Origin: Tegillarca granosa
Lineage: Eukaryota
NCBI GenBank assembly: GCA_029721355.1
Contig: CM056596.1
Location: 16,311,055-16,375,054, forward strand
Length of the DNA: 64,000 nt
Reading direction: 5' to 3'
A program made the translations under genes and the position numbers. Numbering within the stretch: the first letter of the stretch is position 1; each line of letters opens with the position of its first letter. A model generated the notes under the pieces. That model saw nothing but the letters and a program-made list of their open reading frames with translations, was not told the DNA's origin and ran no database searches. Shown here piece after piece: positions 47,341 to 61,159 of the stretch.

Positions 47341-48050
47341 TTTATCTCAGTCAGAATTATTCTACTTTTACAGGCAGCATAGCTGTCAAAACATGTAGAT
47401 GAATAAAAGTCATACCACCACTGTTCATCTAGTGTTGAGAACCATTTCTTTTATTATTTTATTACTACTTTGGAACTCTGTTGAATACCGCATGGTATCC
47501 ACTAGACTGATTACCACAGATTATACCATACGGGTGTTGGTATCCTTTTTAATTATTAATACTTTTACATAGATATCACGAGCAACAAATAAAAAAAATT
47601 TCAGTGTTTATAATGATGGACTTTTTATGAATGTTAATGGCTAGGTGTCTCATTGTAAGTAAATAATCTCAACTTGGATGTAAAACACATTGAATCAAAC
47701 AATAAAATCTACAAAAATAATCTTGAAGCACTTTAGTGATCGTAAAATATCAGGCTAAATAGATATTCTGTAGCCTATTTGTCTATGAATCATGTACTTT
47801 TATTGACCACCAACTAAAAATTAATGCAGTGCACAAGTATATACTTGTATGTTGTATGTTGAAGATTAAATGTGATTTGAGAGTTTGAAGTCAAACTTTG
47901 TGACAATGACATGTTATTTGTTTACATAAACTGGAAGCTGATTGTGTGTACCACTCTAACAATAAGAAATTAGGTGTGTTAGCAGTAACAATTGGTTTAT
48001 TGATACAGTTTTATTGTTTGTTTTTTTAGACTTGATATAACCCCCCCCTA

Positions 48051-48052
<2 letters not shown>

Positions 48053-48099
<47 letters not shown>
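48053..48099. repeat. (AC)n microsatellite
   Basis: About 23 perfect units. Confidence 0.95.
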
Positions 48100-48101
<2 letters not shown>

Positions 48102-50624
48102 TTCCTTGACTGGCAGCTTCATTAACTTTATAAAATATAGTTATTTCAGTTTAAGGCCAACCTAAGCCAACCTTTATATGGAGTTTACATCTCCTTCTTG
48201 CAACTAAAATAAAATGTGTAATGAAAATTTTGAAAATCCTTTATTGTTGAATTTATGTACTTTTTAGGAATTTATTGGTAGATTTTTTATAAAGTTACAG
48301 CCAGATCAGTTTTCTTGAGTTAAATATCTGCAGTTATTCCCCTTTGTTTACCACACAATGTTACATTGGGTAATTTTTATCATTGTCTAGGTATGTGTAA
48401 TTTGCTTGATTGTTTCCTAATATTAAACTTACTATTCATCTTAAGGTGAAAAATGCTTCTAGTATAAAGTCAATATGTTAAGAAAATTTTGAGGGAGGTG
48501 TGTTAAAGTGCAATAGGATTATAAATTATGTTTAACTGTATGTTAAACAGGTAAGATGCTATAGTCTGTTTCATGTTTGTATAATTATACTACATAATCA
48601 TTTTGATTTAGTTATTTTTCTTAGATTGCACTTTTGTCGTTTTGCTACAGATATTTTACCAACATAGACATAAACCCAATCAGGATCCAGTTGTATGTAT
48701 ATGTATATGTAAAACAAAGTGATTTGTATGTATTAACAGTTGTATGTATATGTAAACACAAAGTGATTTATATGTATTAACGGTTGTTTGTATAAATAAA
48801 GCTGCATTAAGTTTTCCAAGGAAAAAAATTAAAACTGCTGATCTAATTAATGATGTTCCTAATCAACAATGTTACATTTGGTTCAACAATAAAAGCTGGA
48901 ATAAATACAGAGGCAACAATAATTTCCCAGCCGGATGTAGCATGTGGGATCTAATGTTAGAACATGGTTACATCATAAAAAACCGGGTCATTTAAACACA
49001 ACTTACAAAATGGTGAAATATGATAAATTGAACAAAGAATGCCTTAGTAAGGGATACATAACACCATTTCAAATACATCTGGATATGAATGACGGACAGT
49101 TAATAGAATTTGTCAGGTTTCACTTTCGATTTACTGGAGTTTCTGTACATCCGCGTGCATGCTCCAGGCTCATAATTTAATCATCGATAAATATTGACCA
49201 ACCGGTTAGAGGGTTCTGTTTATTTACAGCTAAAAGGAATGAAAGTTTAGAAAATGAATCTCGTGAATCTTGATTAGAAGTTATCTATTTTTAAAAAATG
49301 TATTTTTAGAAAACCAAAAAAAATTCAGAAAATTGAAAAACTTAATGCAGCTTTAAACACTAAGTGTTTTTATATAGGTATACATGTACTACATAATAAA
49401 AATTATTAATTTGATTTTTTTTACATTAACTGTTATTTATGTCATTGTCCTACAAATAGATTACTGACCTAGATGTAAACCGAATCAGAGTCAGTTGTTC
49501 GTTTGTACATGTATATGTAAACACTAAATTTTTTGTTTCAAAGTCTTTATATTTTGACATTTTATTACCATTTATACCAAATTTTGTTAATGAAATCATA
49601 TAGTGCAATAACTGATTTTATTTGACTTAACGATGCTCTTGCATTAGAAAAATCTCTATAAATGCAGGGCACTTTTTGTTTATAAGAAAAGGTATGTTGG
49701 TAAGTTTACACATTTAGATTTGTAAATTTTGGCATGTTGGGGGAGGGGTAAATTTTCAATTTATTACACATGTCAAAACATTTACACAAGCAAAGTATGC
49801 ACATTACATCTTGCATGTTTTTGTCAAAGATTGAAATCAAACAGCAAACACCATACTTCCACGAATCTGCCATAATGATCTTCTGTTATTACCAGTACAT
49901 GTAAGAAATGTTGTTCCTTGTTCTTATCACAGAAATAGCAGGTGAAAAGTTTTTTTTTAAAAATTTCTTTTTGTAATATTTGGTGCATACTTATTAGATT
50001 TTTCTTTGATTTTATTCTGATTTTATACTTGATGTTTTCAGTGGTTTTGTTTGCCTGAAATTACTACCAAATAAAGGTAGTTTCCCCTTGAGAAATAAGA
50101 CTAAAATTTCCCAATTTGACAACTAAAATTCCCCAAAAGGCTACAGTGACACACTATCAAATAGTTTAAGTTAAATCCAGTTGTCCAAAACTATTCTGAC
50201 AGACAAAAAATGTAAGATATTGTCACAATATAAAATCTTTGCAATGAATTTCAAAATTCTGAGCGTAATATGTGACATAAAAAGGGTCCAAATTTTCCCA
50301 ATCTGAAAGGCAGAAGGTAGTTTTTAAAAACCATAGCAAAATCACTGGTTTTATATTTGGTTTAAGTTGGTGCAAGTTGGTGCATGTATTAGACAATTTT
50401 TTTTCAGATACAAAGAAAAAAAGACACATAATTCATCTTTTATATGTATATTAGATATAATTTATAATGATCTACAATTGAGTTTTGTGATAGTTAATTT
50501 AATTGAGGTTTTGATTTACCATTGAAACATTGTGTGAGATACACCATTCTTTGTACATCAAATACTAGTGCTTAGTACATTTCTTTGTTAGTTTCTTTCA
50601 AAAATCCAACAATTTTTCCAATTT

Positions 50625-50715
50625 TTGGTAATTTTTTTTTTTTTTGTTTTTTTTTGTTTGTTTTTTTTTTTTTTTTTGTTTTTTTGTTTTTTTTGATTTT
50701 TTTTTTTTTTTGAAT
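50625..50715. repeat. Poly-T / T-rich low-complexity tract
   Basis: About 90 bp of T interrupted by occasional G. The ORF-track poly-Lys ORF 50572..50778 is its artefact. Confidence 0.9.
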
Positions 50716-53700
50716 TGCGACCATGTCTATTTTATTAGATATTGGACTTATGATATTGCATGCTTTAATCAGAAACATTCCTTTAAATATAGTCTATGTG
50801 CTTTTGAATATATTTAATATTTTTTGTTTAGAACAATTTTCTTCTTTTTCTTGGATTTTCTTGGACTGTTTTGGAGCTTCAATATTTCAATATTGTCATA
50901 ATCTTAAATAGTAAATGCATTTACATTAGGTATCACAGAATGAACAGGAGATTTTGATAACCAAGTAGTCTTAAGTGTTGGATTACAGATCATGGCTTCC
51001 CTCTCCACCAAGGTTACAGGTCTCCTGGTCAGACCCAGGTGTTAGAAAGTTTTTTATTTAGCTTACAAAAGGTAATTGATTTTCTCTAGGTACTTCTGTT
51101 ACCCCAACCATCCCAGAACTAAATCACCCATTGACTAGGGCATTAATATGCAAAACCACATATGTATGGTTTTCTCACTACTATGGTGATACAGAATGTT
51201 GTATCGCACATGTGCAATATGGACCATTGTATCACATAGACAGAAAATGTTATGTATTGCTATAGTAAGATTTGATGAGTATGTGATTAAAATACTTTAC
51301 ATTATGAACAGTCCTTGGAATAATGTGGAATTAGTTAACCTACCTTTTTGCAGTAGAGTAATAGGTTTATTTTATGTAATGTTACAAATTACTGATACCA
51401 CAACTACATGTAATCTAAAATCATGTTCAGGAAATTATCCAGATTTAATTCCATCTGTTATTAGATAATACTGCAAATGGATCATTTCTTAAATGAGACA
51501 GAAAAGGCTCTGAAAGGTAGAAATAACATACCATGATTTGCAGTATGTAGAAATAACACTTTAAAACCAAGAAATACGTTTTCAAGAAAGTGTGCTTGTA
51601 ATAATAGTGACAAGTTCTTCCACAAAATAAATGCTATTGTGTTAGAGTCAACAGGTGAATTTTACAGGACTAAAAAAAAAAAAATAGCATTTGCTCATCT
51701 TTTATCTTTGAGAGAACAGAATATGGGTTATCATTCTTAATTGTCCCCATAATTATAGATGTTTTTACATAGGCTTTGGGGCCTTTGTAGCCAAGTCTAG
51801 GTTTCCATAAATTTTAAATTACTAGTAGCCAAATTTAAAAAATTGGTGAAAATATAGTCTTTTTTAAAGTATTTTCTCACAAATTTGCTAAAACATGTTA
51901 CTTTTTGAAAGAACTTCTCAGAAATTAGTGGCCAATGGCGATTTTGGCTACCAAGAATGGAAACATAGCCAAGTGGTTTAAGGCACTTTTTTGTAGATCA
52001 CAATACATGTACCTTATCCCTTTGTTTTCAACCCCACCATGGCAGATCCTTATGTGAGCAAGTTTGTCAGTTTACATGCCATTTTTTTTATTCAGAGTAC
52101 ACCAGTTTCCTACACCATCCCAGAACAGGTCTCCTCAGTTGAAGTATGAAAATTATGACTGGATATTAAACATTGTAACTTTGCTCTGATACACTATGCA
52201 GTAGGTTTCATTGTATTGTACTAGTACTGTACTTTATCATTCACAAATGATCAAAATAAAATATACATTTTCTAGTTGGTAGCCTGATCTTCACAGATTT
52301 ATATGAAAATAAATATTACTTTATTAAATATCTTCCTTTGAAGTTGATTTTATAATATTTAATCAGCTAAACCAGGATTTGATTTACTAATGTAGTATAG
52401 TAAAATGACATCAGTCTGGTATGACAAACATGTTGGATTTTAAAGCAGCATTCTCCAATAACAGATTTGACTTGAACCTGTAATTTGCCTTGTTCTTACT
52501 CATATTTGAACCCTTCTAGAATTAATTATGGTTATATATGTGATATCAGTTTACCTTATGGTAGAAATATTGGCTTCAGCAACATCTGTGCCAGATTAAA
52601 TAAAGTCACTATGATGTCAAAAGTTGGTTGGAAAATTAGGCCAGAATATATTGACAAAATTGTAAAGGTAAATATTTAATAACATGGTCCTGACCTGATA
52701 TATGTGATATTATGATGCATTTAGACTAAGCAACACCTGAGCTTTAGATTAACAAAGGTTATTTTGATGTCATGTGTATAAAAATATCAGTTCAGGGGAT
52801 TTCCTGTATAATGTCAATATCTAATATGATAAAAACAGAGATCAACAGATTAACTTTTTGCCTTAAGGAAAATGATGAATTAAAACCCTAAATATATCAC
52901 GATGTTTACGCCCAAGGACTCACGAGAACCATGCAGCTGCTATGTCTCACATTATTAAGACAAATAATACTCAAGGAAATTCAATTCTGTCTCTTGCTGA
53001 AACCCTTTTTTGAACCTCTATAAAAAGACTCGCCTGTTTGTAAACTATAGATTTTTCACATTCATTTAACAAACATTTAAGAAAATGAAACTTTAAAGAA
53101 CCATTTTTTTTTTAAATCTGCTAACTTTAATTTCAAAATCAAAGACAAAATTTTACATTATTTTGTTGCCAAATTTATAAACATAATGGGTGTTTTTATC
53201 CAAAAACTAAATCTTCATTTTTTATTTATGAACATATTAATCTTCCTATTTCCTTATTTTAGTGAGTTTTAGCTCACCTGTGAAAAAGGGTTTGTGTCAT
53301 ACCTATGGCATTTGTATTTAATGTCAATTAATGGTAATTTGAATTGGTTATATGAACATTTTTATGTAATTTGCCTTGAGAATTACTTAGTTTGCACGGC
53401 AGCATCCAATTTGATAATTACTCAACGGAAAATGACTTACAACATTTTTGATGGACCACACAGATACCTAATAGATCTTAGTTTTTTTACTCATTCATGT
53501 TAATTTATTTAATTTTTTTTATTTAAAGACCAAATTCATCCATATATTGGGATGCTAGTCATCAAATAGACAACATAAACACTGTGAGTTCATTTTTAAA
53601 TTGCAACTATCTATGATATAAAATATTTGTATCTCATCAAAAATATACTTCATGTGTAAATATTACCATTTTTGACTTGGTAATGGGTGCATTTTATTTT

Positions 53701-56700
53701 ATTTAAAATTTAAAAATATACATGTCTATGCATGTGCTGCACATGCTTTGTATGTGTGCTCTATGCATATATGATGATGAAAAAAAGATGTTGCAGTTAC
53801 TTGAACAATATATAATAAATGCTTTGTTTTATATACATAAAATATATTGAATATTAGTTATATCGTTAGAGAGATCAGTTTAATTAAGGAGTGCTTCTTT
53901 TTGTGCATATCAATGGAGAGAGTGTGTTAAAGTTTCAATGTGATAGAACTTCATTTTATGTGAAAAAGAGAGATTGAAACATTTTTTGAGAGAAAGGTTT
54001 AATCAGTTGTTTATTAAGTGCTCCAAGATATACATATTAATGATTTATCTTTTAAATGAGAGAGAGAGAGAGAGAGAGATTCATTTTGTAAGAGTGAGAT
54101 GGTTTTGTTTATTTTAGCACGAAGTAAATACAGTTAGTACTTCATTTTATATTATGTATATATATTGATAATGTTTCGTATTTGAGAGAGCTACAGTCAG
54201 CTGTTATTGATTAGCAGAATAATTATAAAAAAATGCATGAATATTTATTTTGTGTTAAAATGATTTTGTTTTAATAAAAACCAAATAAATATGAATTAAA
54301 GTTGATTTTTATATTTTATCAATTAAAACAAGATACATTGGGTAAAATCTTTGTTCCGATATTAAGTAACTGCAGATGTTTCTGAATCAAGTATTGATTG
54401 TAATGGGATGCATTTTTACATCTCCTAAATAATCCAAATTGAGCATAAATATGAAACAAATAAAAACAGAAGAAGACACAGCTTTACCAGTCCCATAATA
54501 TTCCAATGTTTAAAAATACATGTGTCTGACAAGCTATTTCTGACACACTCTCAATACAAGAGTTGAAGGTGAAAAAAGAATAATAAAAAAACCATCAAAA
54601 CCAAATGGTCTTCCACTTTCATTATGGACATTAGAACAGAGTAAGCAGATACCCCATCACAATTCACTTTATTAAACACAATAGCCTGTGAACTTTTAGG
54701 TAACCTTGCTTAACCTTGTCTCCTAACTCACACTGGCATGTAAAGGCTCCATATTGTAGTTTTCTTAAAATTCTTCAGACAGTAAAAATGCTTTGAGCCT
54801 TGAAACTTTAAATTAATAATCAGCACTTAAAGGGTATCTGTGATGACTTTCAGTTTTGACATATTTTATTTGTCGTGCTTATAAATGGCTACAACAAGGT
54901 CACACATAGGTAATTCAATGGGATTTTACTTTGCAATCAAAGGGAAGGTTAAAAAAATTGATTTCAAACTGCCATAACTTTTTTCATCACCAATTTTTTG
55001 CAGTTTTCAACATTTTTGCTAAAAAAAATTTTGGTTACAGGTACCTTTAAAGCTCTATCATGTTTGGGCAAATAAAATTAAATACCAATCAAAGTTGAAC
55101 AAAATCAAAATTTCACAAAAGAATATTTAGCTAACACAAAGCTTAGGCATATTGAATCTCCTGTAGTACTAGCCGGATCAGGAATTTCTGTGTCGTGAAT
55201 TTTCAGGTTCAAAATAGAGATTACAAAATTGCACAAACATGATGTGATACATACTAGTAAATAATTGGGATCAGAACAGATTCATACAATAATGTTGTTA
55301 CCAATGTGTACAAGTATTTTTGGTAGGTTGTTTGAATACTTAAAGGGGGATAACTCTAAAATATCTCCCTCAAACAGAATAATGGACTGACAGTAATGAT
55401 AAAGCAAAACAGCACTTGAATTCCATCCTAGGATAATTAAAGCTTTATTACATCTTATCATTGTGACTTTGAATTTTAGATTTATGACAAGAAGTTGTTA
55501 AAATGTTTACTATTTAAGGTCACTGTGATCTTGAAAATGGGTCAAGGTCAAACAGCTTGGCAAACTTGAAAAGGCTCATGTCTTGCAAATTGTATTATAC
55601 TGTACCTATAACAGTATAACACATGATAAAATAGGTATAAAACTGGCATCAGCTTAGTCTCCTGAAAAAGTCGAGACTGGGTTGTAAATAAATTTTTCAT
55701 GGCCTGTCCAATCCACTGTCATAATAATTTATTAACTCAGCATGTGTACAATGTCTTGGTGAAATTGAATACAGAAACATCACAGAATTTGAGAAAATTA
55801 TACTAACTGTATAGCTGACCAAGTCAAACTATTTATTAATAGTTATTAACAAAAGTAAACATTCTTTGATCCTGTACACCTCTAATTTGCATTAAAACAT
55901 GCTACCAAATACTATATAAGTATTTATTTTGGCCCTGTATTAATATTGGTGTTTTTGGCATTAATTTCATTTGCACCAACATTAATACACTTCAACATTA
56001 ATTTTAGCTCAATTGTTTAAGGGGAAACAATGAGAAGGCCAATATTAATACAGGCTAAATATTTGAGACACTTGGGAGCACTAAATATAAAAATATAATA
56101 CACACTAATAAAAATACTTATACAGTATTTTGTAGCTCTTGTACTGAACAAGAAAATATAACATAACAAACCATGTTAACATGATGGGAATGGACCAACA
56201 AACAAAATACATGTAGATTGACAGGATTTGATCATATGTCCCAGATGGTTCTTCATTGCAATCAATATTCAAAAAGAATTACATGTTTAATCTTAAAAAA
56301 AATTATGATTTTAAAATGCTATGGATAATGTTAAATCATCATTGATAAGTGACAGAAAACAGGGATTTTGTATCACCAAGGAGATACATGTATATTATGA
56401 GAAATATGAATACTTCTGTGTTCTTGTATGTTTGAATCAAATATCTTTTTTGCTATAACCTTTGTTGAGATTGTATCACATGTCAGTAAATAAAGACAGC
56501 ATGAAAATAAAACTAAGAGAATTTATAAATAGAAATAATAAGATTTAATCTGAGAAGTATGAGACAAACATGTGTGTATACTTCAAAACAGTTGGTTATA
56601 AAGATCAGAAGCCAAATATTAAGTCATCTATAAATAGAACAAATATATTATAATAATCTACATGACAATTTATGATTGCAGATTTCAAAAGTAATAAAAA

Positions 56701-57474
56701 GTCTTGAAATTTCATCAGCAATCATAAGCTCTCTAGAACACATGAAATCTATGAAATTCTTTACACAATAAATATTTGTGACAAACTGTATGTCTACATC
56801 ATTGTAAATCATATATACCAGAAAATTCAATTGTTAACGGTTTAGTATGATACACATAAGCCTGTATATTTTAAGCTGCCTGTCAACTCTTCTTTACTCT
56901 TTATTCAGTCATGTATTATTTTTAGTATAAAATCAACTGTTAAATGTCAGTGACTTCCAGATCTCCATCTTCACTATTATGCAGTGTTTTTCTGTATACA
57001 TATTAGCTAATACCGATAATCTAAATGTTATAATTATTATATCTTTCACAGAATAAAAATGTATATAAATAAGGCTCTCTGTATTTATAAATCAGGAGCC
57101 AGTTCTTCAAAGCTAAATTTAGTTTAGTCAATTGAAAAAATAAAAAAATTAAATTTTTAAATAGGCTGTAAAATAAATGTCGAAAATATTGGAAGTGAAT
57201 GGAATTTTATTTAACAAATTACAATAACATTGTTATGAAGTAATAGATTTTGATAATTTATTGATGTTTTCAATTTGTGTAAATCATTAAATAATGATCT
57301 TTTCAGAATGTCTGAATAATGATTAATGATCTATTCAGATTGCCTTTAAATAGGGAAAGCATCTTGATTTACTACACTAGCTTGTTCCTGATTCTACCCA
57401 CACTTTAGTCTGTCAATAGACTTTTACACAATAACAGATTATCAGATACTAGTATACTGTCATTAAGATACATA

Positions 57475-57475
<1 letters not shown>

Positions 57476-57539
<64 letters not shown>

Positions 57540-57550
57540 ACACACACACA
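57476..57550. repeat. Compound microsatellite (TA)n + (CA)n
   Basis: (TA) about 30 units, then (CA)7. Confidence 0.95.
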
Positions 57551-58269
57551 TCAGAATATATACATGTATACAAGTTTCTGTCTACACTAAACCCTGATAA
57601 AACCCAAGATGGAACATTTTTTAATTTTTTAATTATTGGCTGTGCATACCATTATAGCTTTTCCTAATACTATTTATCAATATGTCCTAATTCATCTATG
57701 TTTAAATTTTCTTATGCAAACAAAATCTTTGGACCAAAAAATTGTCAGATTTAAAAAGTTTAACAACATAATATTTATCGTCTATGCAATCAACAAAAAA
57801 TTTTCCTCAACAAAATAATGATAAGAATTAATTTTCCAATCCCTTTTTGTTTCAAAACAAGCATTCTGAGAGTATTGCAAAACAATACATAGTCCCCTAC
57901 CAGTTGCATATTTCACTAATCCCAAAGTTGTAGGTAAAATGTACTTTATTATATGGTACAAAGATTTATAGTTATAAATTATACATGTTGTTCAAGATGT
58001 AAAGCAAAACTTAATCATAGTAAAATCATAAACCAGCAATGGAGTTCTCAAAAATTTTAAGTTTAATCATGAATAGGTTAATTCTCCCAAAACCTTCTTA
58101 TTTTTGACAGTGTGTGGAAAGAGAATAATTACTAGGTCAATTGTAATGCAATTCAGTTTTTGTTTTATAATATATCATTACACATACATTACAGGAGGCA
58201 CTAGTCTAACAGTTCTTGATATAGAGTGTAACAGTGACCTGCATACCAAAAAACAATTCATTAACTGCA

Positions 58270-59300
58270 AGCATGTAGAAAAAAAGTGCAGAAAACTGAA
58301 ATTTCAGTGAATTTTCTAAGTTCAAAGGGCTATAACTCCCATAAAAATTAGCAGATGGAAATGAAACATAAACTTGATCTGTAACTCATCATGGTAGAGT
58401 CACATACCAAACATTAGTTCCATTTCTGCAAGCGTGTAGAAAAAAGTGCAGAAAACTAAAATTTCTGAGAATTTTCAAAGTTCAAAGGGTCATAACTCCG
58501 GTAAAAATTAGCAGATGGAAACGAAACTTACACTTGATCTGTAACTCATCATGGTAGACTCATATATCAAAAATCAGATCATTATCTAAAAGCATTTAGA
58601 AAAAAAAGAGTGGAAAACTGAAATTTCAGTGAATTTTCAAAGTTCAAACATAACTCATGTAAAAATTTGCTGACCAGAATGAAAGGCTAACTTGATCTGC
58701 AAGTCATCATGGTAGAGTCACATACCAAACATTAGTTCCATTTCTGCAAGAGTGTAGAAAAAAAGTGTGGAAAACTGAAATTTCTGTGAATTTTCAAAGT
58801 TCAAAGGGCCATAACTCATGTAAAAATTACAAATGGGAACGAAATGTAAACTTGATCTGTAACTCATTATGGTAGAGTCACATACCAAACATTAGTTCCA
58901 TTTCTGCAAGCGTGTAGAAGAAAAGTGCGGAAAACTAAAATTTCTGTGAATTTTCAAAGTTCAAAGGGCCACAACTCCCGTAAAAATTAGCAGATGGAAA
59001 CGAAACTTACACTTGATCTGTAACTCATAATGGTAGAGTCACATACCAAACATTAGTTCCATTTCTGCAAGCGTGTAGAAAAAAAAGTGCGGAAAACTAA
59101 AATTTCTGTGAAACGAAACATAAACTTGATCTGTAACACATCATGGTTGACTCATATACCAAAAATCAGTTCATTATCTAAAAGCATTTAAAAAAGTGTA
59201 GAAAACTGAGGCGTGACAGATGGATGAATGGATGGACAGACAGACAGAGTGCAAACCTAAAGTCCCCTTCGGCTTTCGCCGGTAGGGGACTAATAAGCTG
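58270..59300 (-). repeat. Tandem satellite, about 147-bp monomer x about 6, plus terminal block of an inverted copy of the MITE-like element family
   Basis: Monomer ...gtagaaaaaaagtgcagaaaactgaaatttc[at]gtgaattttcaaagttcaaagggccataactcc.gtaaaaattagcagatggaaacgaaac.taaacttgatctgtaactcatcatggtagagtcacataccaaacattagttccatttctgcaagc. It ends at 59200-59300 in gaggcgtgacagatggatgaatggatggacagacagacagag... The revcomp ...ctgtctgtctgtcc resembles gtctgtccgtccgt of the 560-620 element head. The monomer shares attttcaaagtt with the revcomp of the 177-bp satellite. Confidence 0.7.
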
Positions 59301-61125
59301 GGAATGAGTGTCTGAAATGTGGTTTAACATCCCTATCATGAAAATTATGTTTGAATATGGATTTTGTTTTCAATTATTAACAGATAAGGCATAAAATATA
59401 ACATCAACTAGAGACCTATTTTTAATCTGAAAAAAGAGAATAAGGGAACCGATTTGATTTAAGCCATGCAAACTCTGCTAAATAAACATTTCATTTTATC
59501 TTTCAAGCTATCAAATTTGTAATCAGGATAATGTATCCTCAAATCTAATAAAGAAGAAAATTAAGAAAATAAATTAAGGAAATGAATTACTATTGTTGGG
59601 AAAACTTCACATTTAATTGGGTTTTTCTGTGTACTTTGTAATTAATTATAACGATTGTGCACAACAATTGTTACAGAATCATAAATTCTGTCAATTTCTT
59701 GTAAAATGTGGTATTTCTGGGATGTTGTGGTTGAAAGCATTTCTATAAATTTCCACACTCAAACATCAGGTGGTTTATGAATATTTCTATTCTTAATACA
59801 CTTTTTATTAAAAATGCTTTTAAAAACTTTTCTGACATTGAGAATCTGACAAATATGTATTTAATATTACCGTATTAAAACCAAATAATTCAAAGATAAT
59901 GGCCTGATATTTCAATATTAAAATCTTAGCATCATTCAGTCACCATGGAACTTTCACTATTTAAAAGAGGAAATTGATCTGAGCATCAATAATCATAATA
60001 TCCTAGAAATACAAGAAAAAATTTATTCTAAGTGTCATGTTTTCTTTAAATAAACAGATTGGCATAAAAATGTAACAATTCCACAACTACCAAAAGTAAT
60101 TAGATGAAACTAAAATTAAAAAACTTCATGAATTATTAGTTTGTAGATATTTATTCTTGATTCTAAAGCAAAGCAATATATGTAGTTCCCACCTGTGCTT
60201 TTCCGCCATCACCACCTGTCAAAAAACAGTCAACACTACATAATAATGACTCATTTAAATAGAATGGTATCCAATAAGGAAAATTGTCTTGAAATCAGAA
60301 TAAATCAATAAATAAATTTAAGATTTTTGTCATGAGAACTTGATAAATATGATAATCAATAATATTTATCTCCAGTATTGAGAATTTTGGAATTATGAGT
60401 ATAACAAATGTCATAGTCTTTTACTCAGAGCAAACTACTCAGTAGATGTGTTCAGAGTTTCTTTATCACAACTTGAAAAAATGTACTCAAAGAATCACAT
60501 GTGAATTAATTACATGTACATTAATAGCATGACAAAGAAGAACCTTTGAATTATCAGTATGGTAAGTAAGTGTCAAAGTTTTTATCCTGAAGCATAAATA
60601 TATATATTATATCAGATGCACAATTTTCCTCATTCAACAGATTTTGTGGAAAATATCCATAAAAAGAGACGATAATGGAATTATATAAACAAGAGTGATA
60701 CTGAGACCTCTTCAATCATAAGTATGGAAGATATATGCTTAAGTCCTTATCTTAAAGCATAACATTTAATAAGACTCTATCAGCCTTGCTTCATCACAAC
60801 TTGATCATATTAACTATCAATGAATTATAATGAATAACACATAAAAAGCAATCTTAAGAATTCAGGAATTATGAATTTTCTTAAATATGATAATGAGATC
60901 CATGAATTGCTGTCTGAACACACTTTCATTAAAAAGTCACGTTGTACGTTCAGGACATCTTGTCTGTATGATTTTTGGTCGTGCACCTCCTGTTAAAGGT
61001 TTACCCTCAGGTTCCTCACAGATATGAACAATAATGGCAGGCTGATTTTCTGATGGTGGATGGAGTTCATGACTTTGACCTGCAAAATAGAATGTAAAAT
61101 TTCTATATCAGCTATTAAAAGTAGA

Positions 61126-61126
<1 letters not shown>

Positions 61127-61158
<32 letters not shown>
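61127..61158 (+). repeat. Pure poly(A) tract (32 nt)
   Basis: Uninterrupted A32. Possibly the tail of a retroposed sequence or a mononucleotide microsatellite. Confidence 0.9.

Positions 61159-61159
<1 letters not shown>

Noticed and set aside
48944-49180. 78-aa ORF (MGSNVRTWLHHKKPGHLNTTYKMVKYDKLNKECLSKGYITPFQIHLDMNDGQLIEF...) and other isolated 60-120 aa ORFs in 46000-64000 (e.g. 51196..51468, 52485..52679, 53294..53503).
   Set aside because: No recognisable domain, no splice-consistent neighbours, and AT-rich codon-unbiased sequence. They are likely chance ORFs in intergenic DNA. 52485-52679 ends at a gtaaat donor but I could not relate it to any family.
60188-60226. Minus-strand micro-ORF GGDGGKAQ flanked by AG/GT (ttttttgacag|GTGGTGATGGCGGAAAAGCACAG|gtggga).
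   Set aside because: It lies downstream of the candidate terminal exon at 60930-61082 on the same strand, so it cannot be part of that CDS. It is too short to assess and the donor is weak.
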